From contig NC_042997.1 in assembly GCF_006345805.1 (NCBI RefSeq), positions 132,990,001 through 133,054,000 of the forward strand: a stretch of 64,000 nucleotides of DNA, given 5' to 3'. Made by a program: the position numbers and the translations under genes. Shown one piece after another: positions 39,520 to 53,895 of this stretch; position 1 is the first letter of the stretch; the number at the start of each line of letters is the position of its first letter. This DNA is from Octopus sinensis. Taxonomy: Eukaryota. The notes beneath the pieces were generated by a model. It had not been told where the DNA came from and ran no database searches. It worked only from the letters and a program-made list of their open reading frames with translations.

Positions 39520-41185
39520 GACTATTGTAGTTCTCTTGAAGCATTGTGTATTTACAAGGTTGGCCAAAATTCACTCGACAGTAAATAAAAATTCCATAAA
39601 TACTATCTGTAATTCTGTTTTGACTCGAATAGAAAAATGTGTCGCTCATGGACTTCAGGAAGTTTCATTAGATGCTTTTATTAAATTCATTCAGTTGTTA
39701 AACGTAGATAAATCTTGGAATTAAATGGTTTTGATTAACTGTCAGGTGACTTTTGGCCACCCCTCTATATACAGGAGAGAGAGAGGGAGAGAAAGAGAAA
39801 GAGAAAGAGAGAGAGAGAGAGAATGAGAAAAATAGAAAGCTAAAAAAAGTTGTAATTATAACAAGTCCACAAATTAATTGCTCAAGTCGATTTGCTCGAC
39901 TAAAGGCGGTGCTCCAGCATGGCCACAGTCAAATGACTGAAACAAGTACAAAAAAAAAAAAAAGTCCTTTATTAAAGTTTCATGCTGTAGTCAGAGAAAA
40001 TCCTTCTCTATGTAACGTATTGCCAGCCCTGATAAATATACATTTCAAATTTTTACACAAGGCCAGCAACTTTGGATAATGGGCTAAGTCGATTACATCG
40101 ACCTCAGTACTCAACTGGTACATATTTTGTGCTCTTCCACCCCCACAAAGATCAGCGGCAAAGCCGATCTCAGCGGAATTTGAACTCAAGGCGTAAAGAC
40201 AGACGAAATGCCGCTAAAAATTTGCCCGGCGTGTTAACAATTCTTATTTCTTTATTGCCCACAAGGGGCTAAACATAGAGGGAACAAAGGACAGACAAAC
40301 GGATTAAGTCGTTTATATCGACCCCAGTGCATAACTGGTACTTAATTTATCGACACCGGAAGGATGAAAGGCAAAGTCGACCTCGGCGGAATTTGAACTC
40401 AGAACGTAACGGCAGACGAAACACCTATTTCTTTACTACCCACAAGGGGCTAAACACAGAGGGAACAAACAGGGACAGACAAACGGATTAAGTCGATTAC
40501 ATCGACCCCAATGAGTAACTGGAACTTAATTTATCGACCCCGAAATGGTGAAAGGCAAAGTCGATCTCGGCGGAATTTGAACTCAGAACGTAACGGCAGA
40601 CGAAATACCGCTAAGCATTTTGCTGGGCGTGCTAACAATTCTGCCAAGCCCGCCGCCTTGGCCCTGATAAATATTATAGATTATGATACACATTGGAGAG
40701 CAAGTTTATAAAACTTGTATTTGCTGCAACAAATGGATGTTATAGTAATACACACAGCATTCCCACTAGTATTGACCTTGTTAATAGCATTAAATACCTT
40801 AATATAATAAATAGATAAGATACACGGACACAATTCATTTCACCATTCTCGATTATCGAAATTGAATATTTGTCTGTGTGCATGCATATCTAAGTGATGT
40901 TTTAAGTACATTCACGAGAACGTGTATATGTGTGTGTGTGTATGTGTGTGTGCCTGTGTGTGCTCGCGCGCATATTATTATAGCCGTATCATTTAAGTTA
41001 ACAAATGCGATTAAAGCTGCAGCAATTTAATAAATAGCTGTTACCTAAATGCCCTGTGCATCAACATGATCGCACTGTTTACCATTAATGTATAACTGAA
41101 CATTTAAGAAGTTAATAGCAAATATCCTGCATATTCACACATCACAAACAAACATGCTGTGTATCTGATTCTCTCCCCCTCTCTG

Positions 41186-41229
<44 letters not shown>

Positions 41230-41524
41230 ATATATAAATCTATCAATCTATCTATGTGTGTTGTATTCGTCAGACTTTATGTAAATCTGATAGTTCTGGT
41301 TATATTTAAAGCATTTCTCATCAAAAACCCAAAAGTGAATATCTATTTATTTGAATTTAGACAGTATCAGCTAGGTAGATTAGTATCAACTAAGTAGACA
41401 TGTATGTATGTATGTATGTATGTAATGTATGTATGTATGTATGTATGTATGTATGTATGTATGTATGTATGTATGTATGTATGTATGTCTCCTATTTTTT
41501 AATTATTTAATTATTATAAATCTT

Positions 41525-41872
41525 CCACTGAGGAGGGAGCCAGTTTCCAACAAAAATACTAGGCTCTATTGTTGGGATGTAGCTAACATACAAATTCACA
41601 TCTGGAACTTCAGAAAAGTCTTACACATTTTTACTGTTCCACTCACAGTAACGTACTAATTAGCCGGTCGATTTCTCTTTCTGAAAATCCCAGTTTATCC
41701 AGTTTCTCCTTTCAGCATTTACTAACAAAACCTAGTGCTCCAATTATTATTGGTATGAATATGAATTCGTAGCCTGGATATAGAAGCTGGAGGTTTCGAA
41801 GTAGTTGTCCAAAGATATCCTGTTTTACTTTGATTGTCAAAGAGATATTTATATTTGCTGGGCAGCTGACCC

Positions 41873-41873
<1 letters not shown>
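41525..41873 (-). mobile_element. R4/Dong-like (RLE-class) LINE 3' fragment
   Basis: VSCPANINISLTIKVKQDIFGQLLRNLQLLYPGYEFIFIPIIIGALGFVSKC, typical of the RLE C-terminus. Confidence 0.75.
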
Positions 41874-41903
<30 letters not shown>

Positions 41904-42253
41904 TGTATGTATGTATGTATGTATGTATGTATGTATGTGTATGTATGCATGTATTATATATCTATGTATTTGCATCAGTATATGAGTGCGTTTGTGCATA
42001 TGTGTGTGTGTGTTTTTAGGCATGCCATTATTTTTATATACTAACATATACCCATTCTTTAATTTGTTTCAATCATTTCACTGCAGCCATGCTGGAGCAC
42101 TGCCTTTAGTCGAACAAATCTACCACAGGACTTATTCTTTGTAAGCCTAGTACTTATTCTATCGGCCTCTTTTGCCGAACTGCTAGATTATGGGTTCGTA
42201 AACACACCAACATCGGTTGTCAAACGATGGTGGGATGAAAAACATAGACATAA

Positions 42254-42348
<95 letters not shown>

Positions 42349-43281
42349 CAACAGACTTCTTTCAGTTTTCGTCTACCAAATCCACTTACAAGGCTTTGGT
42401 CGGCCTGAGGCTACAGTAGAAGACACTTGTCGAAGGTGCTACGCAGTGGGACTGAACCCGGAATTATGTGGCTGGTAAGCAAGCTACTTACCGCACAGTC
42501 ACTCCTGCGCCTACATGCTTGTCTATTGCAAATTTATCCTAGAGTATATCTATGATTCTATGATAATGCTTACAAGTATTCTATAACACCGCCTTCGTTA
42601 TTGAATACACTTGTTAAGTCTTAAAAATTGCCTAGACGTCTCTCTAGGCACAGAGTGAAGTATCGACCTTGTCTGTTACGGTCTTGTTTGGAACATTCAT
42701 AAAGAACTGAGTTCTCGCTTGTTATCTAACCACAGCGGTAACATTAATTAATTAACTGGACAAAGTGACTGCAATGGCTATCTTATGCAAATTGGACTTA
42801 ACGATTTATCGAAGCCTTTAAATAAAGAGAATATAAAAACCGTGTCTCTTTGGACAGAGCTCAGGCAACAGCGCGGCTCCTGAGGGGTATTCTAAATAGA
42901 AATAAAACCTACCAGATTGATCCGTCTGTTTCTACCCATAGAGACGTTTAGTGATATTACTTTGCGTATGTACAGAGTGATCAAATTCAATTACAAAGAC
43001 GGCTCAAAAATTGTACAACTGCTGTAGATTTATTTTGTAGGTCATTTACACTAGTAAAAACACACTTCTTATTCTTTACTCTCTTACTTGTTTCAGTCAT
43101 TTGAGTGCCGCCATGCTGGAACACCGCCTTTAGTCGATCAATTCGACCACAGGACTTATTGTTTGTAATCCTAATACTTATTCTATCGGTCTTTTTTGCC
43201 GAACCGTTAAGTTACGGAGACGTAAACTCAACAACATCGGCTGTCAAGTGATGGTGGGGGGACCACCCCAGACACACAAGT

Positions 43282-43335
<54 letters not shown>

Positions 43336-44699
43336 TAACATATACCCATTCTTTGTTTCGATCATTTGACTGCAGCCATGCTGGAGCACCGCCTTTAGTC
43401 GAACAAATCTACCACAGGACTTATTCTTTATATATATCTATAACAGATATATTTCCTCTTTTTACATAATATTGAGGTCTCTTTCTTTCTTTTGCTATCT
43501 TACCGTTTTTACCAACACACACGCACACACACACACACACACACATACACACACAGACACACACACACACGCACACACACACATATATATATATATATAT
43601 ACAGTACATTAAAAATTAATAATTATTTTTGCATCGATACTATATTTTTTGGGTGTTATCCAGTGGAACTCAACCAGTTTCCATATGACCCTTGGGGTTT
43701 CATATAAGATTTTGTTGTTAAAATTTTTGCGTGAAGAATTGGTCATAATTCTACAAAACAAAATATTTTAAACATGTTTTTATACAATTCCTAATAATAT
43801 TTAATTATAGAAATACAATAAAGTTCCTTTTAAACATCGTACAGCAAAGAGGGCCCATCTGAGTAAAAATAGGAATCAAAGGGTGAAAAAAATGGTTGAA
43901 ATTGAAGGACGATCATTCTTTCAAATTTTTTCTAGCCACACTGCATTCTACTAATTTTTATTCGCACTCTAGATTTTTATCTATCATTATCCGTCTTTCC
44001 CTAAGAAATAGATTTTATGATGTTTATTGACCGTCTCAACCATTTGTAGTCTTCAACTGATTTCAATTTCTTGTTGACGACTGATTTTCTCGTCGAGGGG
44101 TAATCAATTTACATTCAAGTATTCTCTTTTTATCACCAAACGTCATTTTATTTTAGTTTTCAATTTTTATTGGTGTAGTTATTTACTTATTTGCATTTGA
44201 TGAATATCACCATATATTTCTGACATAAGAGTCTTCTACAGATAACGATCTTCTCTTTGATTTAAACCCCATTCCACACCCTCTCAGACACACCCTCTCC
44301 TTGCTTCACAAAGCCTACCCATTCCCATCCGACACACAAACAAAAAAAACAAACACGCAGAAAAATGCTCTAAACCCCACCCCAAGGCAAAAAAAAAGAA
44401 GGGAAAAATGTAATCTGTACATGTTATTTAGTGAGGAATTATTGGAGGAAACGGCGACATGGGATATAAAGTGTATTGAAACTATTCTTTTAACATATCA
44501 CGCAATGTTCATTTTGTCGTCCGATTTCTTCAACTTCTTTGAAAAGTACAGTCAAACTGAGCAGCTGGCACTAGAATTAAAGACAACAACCTAACGTTGG
44601 AGTTTATCCATAACACATTTCATTTGTGTAGTTAGGTTATGTATACATAAAATGCTATTTCAAAAGTCGCCAGATACCGGTAACTGCTGAAAGACGCAG

Positions 44700-46440
44700 T
44701 AGTAATGTCTATATGCAAAGGAAGTAGCAAGGCTGAAGCTAGAAATTACAGACCTGTTTCTCTCACATCTCACACATCTAAAATTATTGAACGTATAGTT
44801 TGAAAAAAAAAATAATAATTGCGTACCTTGAAGAAAACCTCTTAGATGACACACAGCATGGTTTTTGAACTGGACGAAGTTGTTTGTCACAACTATTACA
44901 GCACCATAATACTATCCTCAATAATCTCTTAAGAGGAATGGACACTGACAGTATACATCTTGATTTTTCTAAAGCATTTGACAAGATTCATCATGGAATC
45001 ACCTGTCATAGACTAAGGGATCTTGGTATCACAAGAAAACTCGAAGAGTGGCTCTTTGACTTCTTACGGGGCTGGAATCGATCTGTCGCTACAGTATTCT
45101 CTCCGCAAAATCTCTGGTAATAAGTCGTATACCTCAGGGCATGGTTCTAGGACCTAAAGCTCACAAGGGCATTCGGCCAACGTGATGAGCTACGTTGATG
45201 ACACACAAAAATCGATATCTATTCAGTCTCCTGACGGTGCTGTCACACTCCAAAATGAGCAAAACCTCATCAATGGGCAGATAAAAAAAAAATGAAATCT
45301 AATGCATCAAAATTTTAGGTTTATTACGGAGGGAATACGTATAAATCACATAATTTAACACCAGATAACACTACGATTCAGATTGTTAACGACACACGAG
45401 ACTTAGGAGTAGTTATGTCAAATGATGTATCTTTCATCAACCACATCACCAAACTGGCCCCTAAATGCAGACTACTCATATCTTGCATCCTATGAACCTT
45501 CGTGACAAGAGAACCAGTAATTATGATGATTCTATGGAAAAAACTTAGTTCTGAGCAGATTAGATTACTGCTCACAGCTTTGATCTCCAATCTCACCCGG
45601 TCTTATAGAAGAAATTAAAGGGTTACAAAGGACGTTCACCAGCATAATAACTTCGGTTAAACGCCTTAATTACTGGGAACATCTGAAGACTCTGCGTTTC
45701 ATCTCTCTTGAATGGTGAAGAATGCTATTTTATACATATGGGAAATCATGGAGGAGTATGTTCCAAAGTTCGGCTTTAGATAGAATTTTAATGCACGAAT
45801 TGGTAGAGACTGTCAGCTTCCTGCTGTACCATCTTAAAAATCTCGAGCAAAATGACTTTATTATACCCGTCTGAGGCCCTCAATTGTTCAACTGCCTACG
45901 TAAAAGAAAACAATTGTGTTCGAGGACCGCAATTGTTCAACTGCCTACCTAAAAAGAAATATAAAAAGAAAAGTTTTTTTCTTTTTTCGCACTTTTCAAG
46001 TCTAGCCAGGCTCATGGATCCGGTTTCCCGGTTCCTGTGGCGTATGTGTTCCCCCTAGCTGGACGGGACGCCAGTACATCGCGACGTTACTCAAGAAACA
46101 GGAAGAGACAGTGCGAGAAAGTTGTGGCGAAGGCATACAACAGGGGTCACCACCACCCCCTGCCGGAGCATCGTGGAGCGTTTAGGTGTTTTCGCTCAAT
46201 AAACACACAATGCCCGGTCTGGGAATTGAAACCACGATGCTCCGACCGCGGGTCCGCTGCCCTAACCACTGGGCCATTACGCCTCCAAAAAGAAACGTTA
46301 CTGGAGCATTAATAAATACATTGGATAAAATCCTAACGACTATACCGGACCAGTCAACCATTCAAGGATACATTCAGTGAAGATCAGGTGCTACACATTC
46401 AATCATAGACCACCTTCCAACCATAAAGTGGCAACAAAAC
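44700..46440 (+). mobile_element. Decayed CR1/L2-like LINE RT, interrupted by an S3 SINE (45998-46286)
   Basis: NYRPVSLTSH, QHGF..GRSCLSQLL, IHLDFSKAFDKI, YVDD, RGPQLFNCLP; many stops and frameshifts. Confidence 0.85.
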
Positions 46441-46464
46441 TGAAACTGTGTGTGTGTGTGTGTG

Positions 46465-46850
46465 TGTATACTTTGATACTCTAAAAGGTTTCGGCCCGTA
46501 TTGGCCCAGGCTATATCTACTAATAACACTACCTGGCAAAGTCATTCAAATCAGGAATCGGACAACATGGCTCACTCGAGGAGAGGGTTATTGTTTGCGG
46601 AGACATATCCGGGCGTATGAGGTTTATTCGGGATTTTTTGAAGGAATTTATCCAAAGACTTCTTGAAATTTATGGGGTCTGTTTCTACTTTAATGTGTTT
46701 TGGTGTAATATTAAAGAGAGGTGAAATAATCTGCCGTATTGTTGTTATGTGATGCAAGTATGATTTATGTTGTGGGTGGATAGCACGGGGTCCAAGTCTT
46801 GGGTGTATCTTAAAGGCAATAACATCACTTGGGCAATGCTGATGGAATAT
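46465..46850 (-). mobile_element. CR1/L2-like LINE 3' fragment
   Basis: PLFNITPKHIKVETDPINFKKSLDKFLQKIPNKPHTPGYVSANNN. Confidence 0.75.
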
Positions 46851-47117
46851 ACATACATATATGTAACGGCGACGTTACATATATATATATATATGCATGT
46901 GTGTGTATATATATGTATATGTATGTGCGTATACATATGTATATGTATGTGTGTATACATATGTATGTATATATATATAATATGTGTATGTATGTATGTA
47001 TATATACATATGTTTATAATCCTGTGTTGCAAGATTCCTGTTATGAAGTTGTGTGCTGAAACATATTGTTGTATTTTGGGACGGTCATTTTTTTGTCAAA
47101 TAAACACACACACTATT

Positions 47118-47215
47118 TATTCGTTCTTCACTCGTTTATTACTATTCTTATTCTAACTCATGTCCATGGACATGAGTTAGTATAAGAACAGTAATAAACG
47201 TATGAAGAATGAATA
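47118..47215. repeat. 98-bp loopless palindrome
   Basis: Centre catgtcca|tggacatg; 44 of 49 arm positions pair. Confidence 0.9.
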
Positions 47216-47559
47216 TATAGAAAAATAATATATATATATATAGCTCTTTAAGAACATTCTATTAGAGAGAAAAGCAGTCTTAGAAGTAATGTGTATCACC
47301 ACCTAAACGTGGGTGTTCAACAAGAACAGACGATACTGCTATTATAACCCCAAGAGGACACCTCCTCCAGCTGTTTATCGAGTGGGCTTCTTACTCAAGA
47401 TATATTGGATATATTCATACATAAATACACACATACATACATACATACATACATACATACATACACACATACATACATACATACATACATACATACATAC
47501 ATACATGCATACATATATACATACATACCAGCATACACATAATACACAAAATTCTAACA

Positions 47560-48790
47560 AGTACACATAATTTCCACATCAACTATGATGTAGACCGCCT
47601 TTACCTAAAGCGAAATCAAGGCGACACATGCTTAACATTGATCCAGACTGTCTTTGAATGACGTATCATATCCCTTCGGCAACATCTTTTAACCACCAAG
47701 TGTCAAAGTGCATTCTTTGACCAGGTTAGCGCACATAAGACTTGGAAAGCAGCACTTTGTCTGATAACCCTAAATACATGCCCAAAGAAGTCGTACGATT
47801 CTACCGCAATGTATCATCAGATGAAAAGATGAGAGTATAGCAGTAGAAGAACATGCTTGGATACGTTAGTAGAAGTTTCTGAGATAATCAAAGCAGTCTA
47901 TTATGGATCAATAACCAGATTACTACTTCCCACTTTGAAGGCCATGAAGTTTGCAATCCAGGACCCACAAGAGACAGCGATGCAGGAAAAGCTGCAAAAT
48001 GTAACAACCGATGCAGACATTGTGGAGTTAACACCGAAGATATCACCCATATCATAAGCAGTTGTTCAAAAATGTCATCAGGGTATTATCTATCGATGAG
48101 ACCTGATGTAGCTAGGACACTGTATAACGAGATCCGTTGGAAAGATAGCCCCGAGGACAAAGAAATAAGAACCCACAGTATGGTGGAAGCCATAGTAACT
48201 CATAATAAAATGGACTACCGGTGGAATGCCCCAGTGGGTACCTCAATGAAATGAAAACACAGTAGACGCGACAATGATTTGGGATAGAGAAGAGAAACTG
48301 TGTACATTTGTGGAAATCAGCTGCCCAGCGGATGTAAACATAAAACTAAAGATCAGCAAAAAAGAGAATACACTGAACTATTGATAACTTTGTAGTTCAG
48401 GTTTATACCTGTAATTACTGAGGCACTGAGATATGTAACACACTGCATAGATACCAATCTTGAGAAATTAGACTTCTCGAAATTAGAAGGAAGAAAGCTG
48501 ATTCAAAGATTACAGATCCAAGCCATCAATAGAACTATAAAAATTTGTAAAACTTTCTAGAAGTTTATCATTTAACTATAAATGAGCATGTCTACACATT
48601 CAACTATATGCATGATAATACACATATAAAGCAAAACATAGAAATCTGCACATATACATAGATACATTCATGCAAAAATACCCTGATGATGATATTGGAA
48701 TTCCAATGAAGAAGCCTGGGATCTAGGTTAGAGGACGGCTCTTACTCTATTTCAAGAAATCTTGAAATAAAACTGAATAATGGCATACAT
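47560..48790 (+). mobile_element. Decayed R4/Dong-like LINE 3' half
   Basis: FHINYDVDRLYLKRNQG, CSKMSSGYYLSMRPDVARTLY, FVEISCPADVNIKLKI, FIPVIT. Its 3' UTR matches 57205-57375 (minus strand). Confidence 0.75.
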
Positions 48791-49010
48791 ACATATAATA
48801 TATTCAACTTACGATGAAAGTAAATAAAGTTTGCTTTAGAAGCGTTGAGCTGTATTGAAAAATACAGAAATAAATTATTCTCAAACCCATGATAATGCCA
48901 AGATATGGATAATGCAAGATATGGATAATTTATCCTGTTCATGCTATTGTATATGCATTATCATGCGTTTGAGAATAAATTATTTCTATATCTTTCAATA
49001 CATAGGTATA

Positions 49011-50288
49011 AAGTGGTTGGACAAAATAATGGAAACACCTAGCTTCATAGCATCTTAATTTTGAAATATCTATAAAACCATCAAAAGTTTGTTTATTTTT
49101 GTTTTTTTTTATATTTATTATTAGTATTGCTTAATACGTTTTGCTAACATTGTAGTTTCTTTTCAGATATCATCAGAAAAAGGTAATTAATTTTCATTAA
49201 ATGACAAATCTATCAGACTTTTAAGGAGGTCAAATTGTTGGTACTCGTATGGTAGGCTCTAGCGTAATAAAAACAGTCGAAATGTTTGGTCTTTCAAGAA
49301 GAACTGCCTCGAAAGTAATGTCAGCCTTTGAGAAAGAGGGGAAAAAATCTCATCGTCGAATCAAAACTCCGGAAGAATATCAAAACTTTCAGATAGGGAC
49401 CGCCGGACTCTTACGCAAATTGTTAGAAAGTATCACATAAGTACAGCTCCCAAAATTATTGCAGAGTTTAATGACCACCTTGAGAAGACAGTTTCCACAA
49501 AAACTGTTCGCCGGGAGCTTCACAAAACCGGATTTCACGGGAGGGCTGCAATCAGAAAACCACTTCTTTCAAAAACAAACGTTGCAAAGCATTTAGGGTG
49601 GAGTAAAAACCTACAGAATTGGTCCTTAGAGCAGTGGAAGAATGTTATTTTCTCGGATGAGTCATACATTACCTGATTTCCGACCACCAGACGAGTATAC
49701 GTGTGGAGGCAGCCAAAAGAAGCATTTGACCCAGACTGCTTTCTTCCAACTATTAAACATAGAAGAGGATTAGTGATGATCTGGGTGGCTATATCTTGGA
49801 AATCCACAGGCCCAATGGTTTCCCTTCATGTCAGAATTAATAGTCAAGGCTATATAAGCATTTTATCTGATCAAATTCATCCTATGGTTGTGGAACTGTT
49901 TCCAGAGGGAAACGCAATCTTTCAGGATGATAATGCACCAATTCACACAGCTAAAGTTGTTGCTGAATGTCACGAGAAAGATTCTAGTGATGTTGAACAT
50001 CATATCTGGCCACCACAGTCCCCAGATCTCAATATTATTGGAACATCTATAATGCATTTTAGAAAAACAAGTAAGGAGTCGATATCCTCCATCAATCATC
50101 ACTACAAGAAATGGAGATGGTTTTAGCTGAAGAATGGACAAAAATTCCTTTGAAAACAATTCAAACTTTGTACGAGTCCATACCTCGTAGAATTCAAGCT
50201 GTAATTACTGCCAAAGGCGGCCCTACCCCATATTAAAATAAATTTGTTTGAAATTTTAAGGTGTTTCCATTATTTTGTCCGACCGCTG
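49011..50288 (+). mobile_element. Defective Tc1-like DNA transposon
   Basis: TIRs agtggttggacaaaataatggaaacacct / aggtgtttccattattttgtccgaccgct with flanking TA; VIFSDES, VMIW, IFQDDNAPIH, WPPQSPDLNII; frameshifts. Confidence 0.92.
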
Positions 50289-50366
50289 TATATGTATGGA
50301 TGTACATACATATGTATATGTTAGATACATATGTACATATATGTGTATGTATGTAATCTATAAGTA

Positions 50367-50467
<101 letters not shown>

Positions 50468-50813
50468 GTCTGTCTATCTACCTATCTGTCTGTCTGTCTA
50501 TCCGTCCATTAATCTGTCTGTCTGTCTATCCATCCACCAATCTATATGTTCTATATGTATGTACGTATATATATATATATATATATATACTAAGCAATAA
50601 GGGTTTAGCAACGAGTTGCCTTACCACATACCGAATTTAGAAATAGCAGTCAAAGGGTTATAGCTATTTCTTCTACTAAAAAGGGAGATCTCAGTAAAAA
50701 CAGCATTTGGAAGGCAGACACAAACAGGTAAGAGAGAATGAATTGACTGCAATCTATCATACATTTTTTAGTTATCCACGGACGTACGTTTCGAAATCAA
50801 GTTTATATATATA

Positions 50814-50859
<46 letters not shown>

Positions 50860-51384
50860 GTGTGTGTGTGTGTGTATGTGTGTGTGTGTATGTGTGTGTG
50901 TATGTGTGTGTGTTTACACGCATATACATATATCACCAAACATGGGGATTTCTCTGTATTTTTGTTTTGATTTTAGTTATTCTTTTTGCCCAAATTTCCT
51001 TGCAGTGTCGTTCTGTTTCTATACACGATAATTGTCCTAGTTACATTAGAGATTGAACTGAATCTATTAGATATTTTGATATACTTATATCCAAGTATAT
51101 GTTTATCAAAAAAATATCTCTATGTAACTTATATTGCATACGTTGGCAACGAATACGTAAACAAATCTACACGGTGTTCTCATTAACCTTGAAAACCTGC
51201 TCCCCTCATCATCAGCACCACAGAAAGAAAAAAACTGTTTCCTTGTATAAGAAAAAGAAACGTTTGCTTAATATTATGTGTTCTCTTATAATGAGATAAA
51301 TCTACCTGGGGACGTGCGTATTGCAATATATAAGAAAAAGAAAACCTGTTAACCTGTTACCCTAAGAATATATTAGTCAAATCT

Positions 51385-51680
51385 ATATAGGCATGTACTA
51401 ATAAGAGAGCTTGTCGCATCGATGTAGCGGCACTAATGAGGCTGAAATATGAGCCCAAAGCAGTGCAGGGTTAAGAATATATTCTGATTAACGTTAAGAA
51501 GTTTCTAGATATTTTGGTTTCCATGTTGTTACTGAATGGCGGATTGAAATACAGAAGTGTTCCTTTCCAGGTTGTAATCAGTAGATTTCATATGCTGTCT
51601 CTGTAAGTAGTCTTTCTGCATAGTGTTTGGGACTGATATTGGGGATGGGAGAGAATATTTCTCGAGATAATTAGCTAGTT
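51385..51680 (-). pseudogene. Highly decayed second PLE fragment (thumb/linker)
   Basis: Minus strand FNPPFSNNMETKISRNFLTLIR and KLSY*YMP match the PLE WFNPP...KxSYSCMPN linker. Confidence 0.55.
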
Positions 51681-52154
51681 CCAGAAATTTTAGGCTGAAA
51701 GGTAAGAAACTGAAGTGAAAGGAATCAACAGAAAATCGAACTTGTACTCCTAACTCAACTCGTTAAGAGCTAACTAAACTCATCTTCACGGCTCTGCTAC
51801 ACACTTTTACTTTTATGTAAATAAAACTATATATACGTATGTGTGTGTATATATATTTATATGTATGTATATATGTATGTAAATACTTACACATATATAT
51901 ATATATGCATATATATATAGTTAAATATATACACATATTTATATACACACATATTTATATGTATGTATATATGTATGTAAATACTTGCATATATATAAAT
52001 TTGTATATATATATATATTACATGTACACACATATATAAATATGTAAATACATATACATATATATAGTTATATAGATTACACAGACACACAGACACACAC
52101 ATATATGTATATCTATCTGTCTGTCTGATTGTCTGTCTCTGTCTGTCTCTTCCT

Positions 52155-52215
<61 letters not shown>

Positions 52216-52705
52216 GCACATATATATGTGTATATATATATGAGAGGGAGAGAGAGAGGGGGTTAGAGAGGTGTCTGTGTGTTAAGATGAGTGCGTGGAC
52301 ATGCATATAAGCGTCGGTGTTGAAATGTATGTAGATGTTAGAGAACTGCAATGGCTGAATGGCTGTTGATTTCGTATAAGTATCACGTTGCACATCTTGC
52401 GTCGTTTCCGTGGGCATGACAAGCAGCTCCTGTTACTCGTCGAAAGTAATGAATGCCAAATACATGAAATAATTATGATGAGCTGATGGTGAAGATGTAA
52501 AATTATCTGAAGAAAACAAAAAAAAAAGAGGGATTTGTAGTCGCCTTTTTGATACTCCGAGTGAAACGTAAGCGCTTACTTTGCTCTCGTCTCCCCTATC
52601 CCTTTCCCTCCCCCACTTCGTTATGGTGCTGCTATCAGTACCGTTCCTGCTCCCCCGCCACACACATTTCCTTCACGCATTTTCAAGCCCACATCTAATC
52701 AAGAA

Positions 52706-52935
52706 GCATCATCAACATGATCGTCATCATCATCATCATCATCATCGTCGTCATCATCTCTATCATCATCATCATCATCATCATCAAATCCTCCTCATCA
52801 TCATCATCACCACCACCATCATCACCACCACCACCACCAACACGATCATCATCATCATCATCATCATCATCATATTCAGTAGCACAGTCATTGTTGTCGA
52901 GGTCGCGGTCGTGGTTCTCGCTGTCGTCGTCATCG

Positions 52936-52972
<37 letters not shown>

Positions 52973-53030
52973 TATCATCACCACACCATCACCACCAGCG
53001 GCGGCGGCGGTGGTGGCGGCAGCAGTTGCA
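52706..53030. repeat. Mixed (CAT/CAC/CGT)n trinucleotide tract
   Basis: Directly visible; gives poly-H/I/S ORFs. Confidence 0.95.
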
Positions 53031-53726
53031 GACATCATTTCCGTTCTCGATTTCCTAATGACAGATCGTGTAGTAGTTTCGAGGGAGGTAAAAAAAAAAC
53101 AACACTAGTAACATTTCATATTCACTTTTGATCCTTGATTATACCTCGTTATACCTAATTATTCAATTAAATCATTTTTAGTAAATCAGATTCTCTAGAG
53201 TCTCTCCTACTTTTTATGCTTATCTTAACGAAGAACTTATCTAGTCTACGATAAAACATTTCGTAGACTTAATGATGCTTGTATAAAGTTACCTCTGTCT
53301 TCTGCAATCATTGGACTGCAACCATTCTAGGGCAAACGCCATGAAAGGTTTAGTGGAACAAATCGACACCAGTACTAAATTTTGAGGCTAGTACTTATGC
53401 TGTTGCTCACTTTTCTGCCGAACCGCTAGGTTACAGAAACGTAAAGAAATTAACACCGGTGGTAGGGAAGTTGTGGTGGACAGTCAGTCAGTCTGACACG
53501 CACACATTCTCATACATACACATAAAGCCTCCACATACATACATACATACATACATACATACATACATACATACATACAATATGAGGGGTTTAGTTCAAT
53601 GATAACCTAAACTAATAGGTGAGATGCGTAAGTGCTATAATTGGTCATCCGTTAGGTTCCAAGTTCACAGCTGAGGCTGGAGCTAGGGATCCGTCGTAGG
53701 CTTCCGAGTCAGCAGGTATATATTAA

Positions 53727-53895
53727 AGGAAAGTGGACACCGAAACCAAGGCAGGACGAGTATTTCAGGTAATTTAGAATGTTTAATTAGAGTAAGCTAA
53801 ATCAAAAATGGAGTCTCGAATTGACCTTACGCAAATTAAATATTTTAAATGACCTGAGATACTCGCCCTGCCTTGGTTTTGTTGTCCATTTTCCT
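53727..53895. mobile_element. Kolobok- or piggyBac-type MITE (TTAA TSD)
   Basis: TTAA|aggaaagtggacaccgaaaccaaggcagg...cctgccttggttttgttgtccattttcct|TTAA; ~50-bp imperfect TIRs; AGG ends favour Kolobok. Confidence 0.8.

Noticed and set aside
47030-47075. cctgttatgaag..ctgaaacatattgtt hammerhead-like text
   Set aside because: Needs an insertion in the core and has no convincing stem I.
47780-47825. Minus-strand CTGATGA-TAC/GTA-GAA-TCGTACGA
   Set aside because: 15.1/16.1 are swapped, there is no stem I, and it lies antisense inside LINE coding sequence.
48684-48720. CTGATGA plus ATTGG/CCAAT hairpin in the R4-like 3' UTR
   Set aside because: No GAAA, and the homologous copy at 57205-57375 lacks the core.
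52430-52520. Possible minus-strand splice acceptor and short exon (DNFTSSPSAHHNYF)
   Set aside because: Weak donor, no homology and no neighbouring exons.
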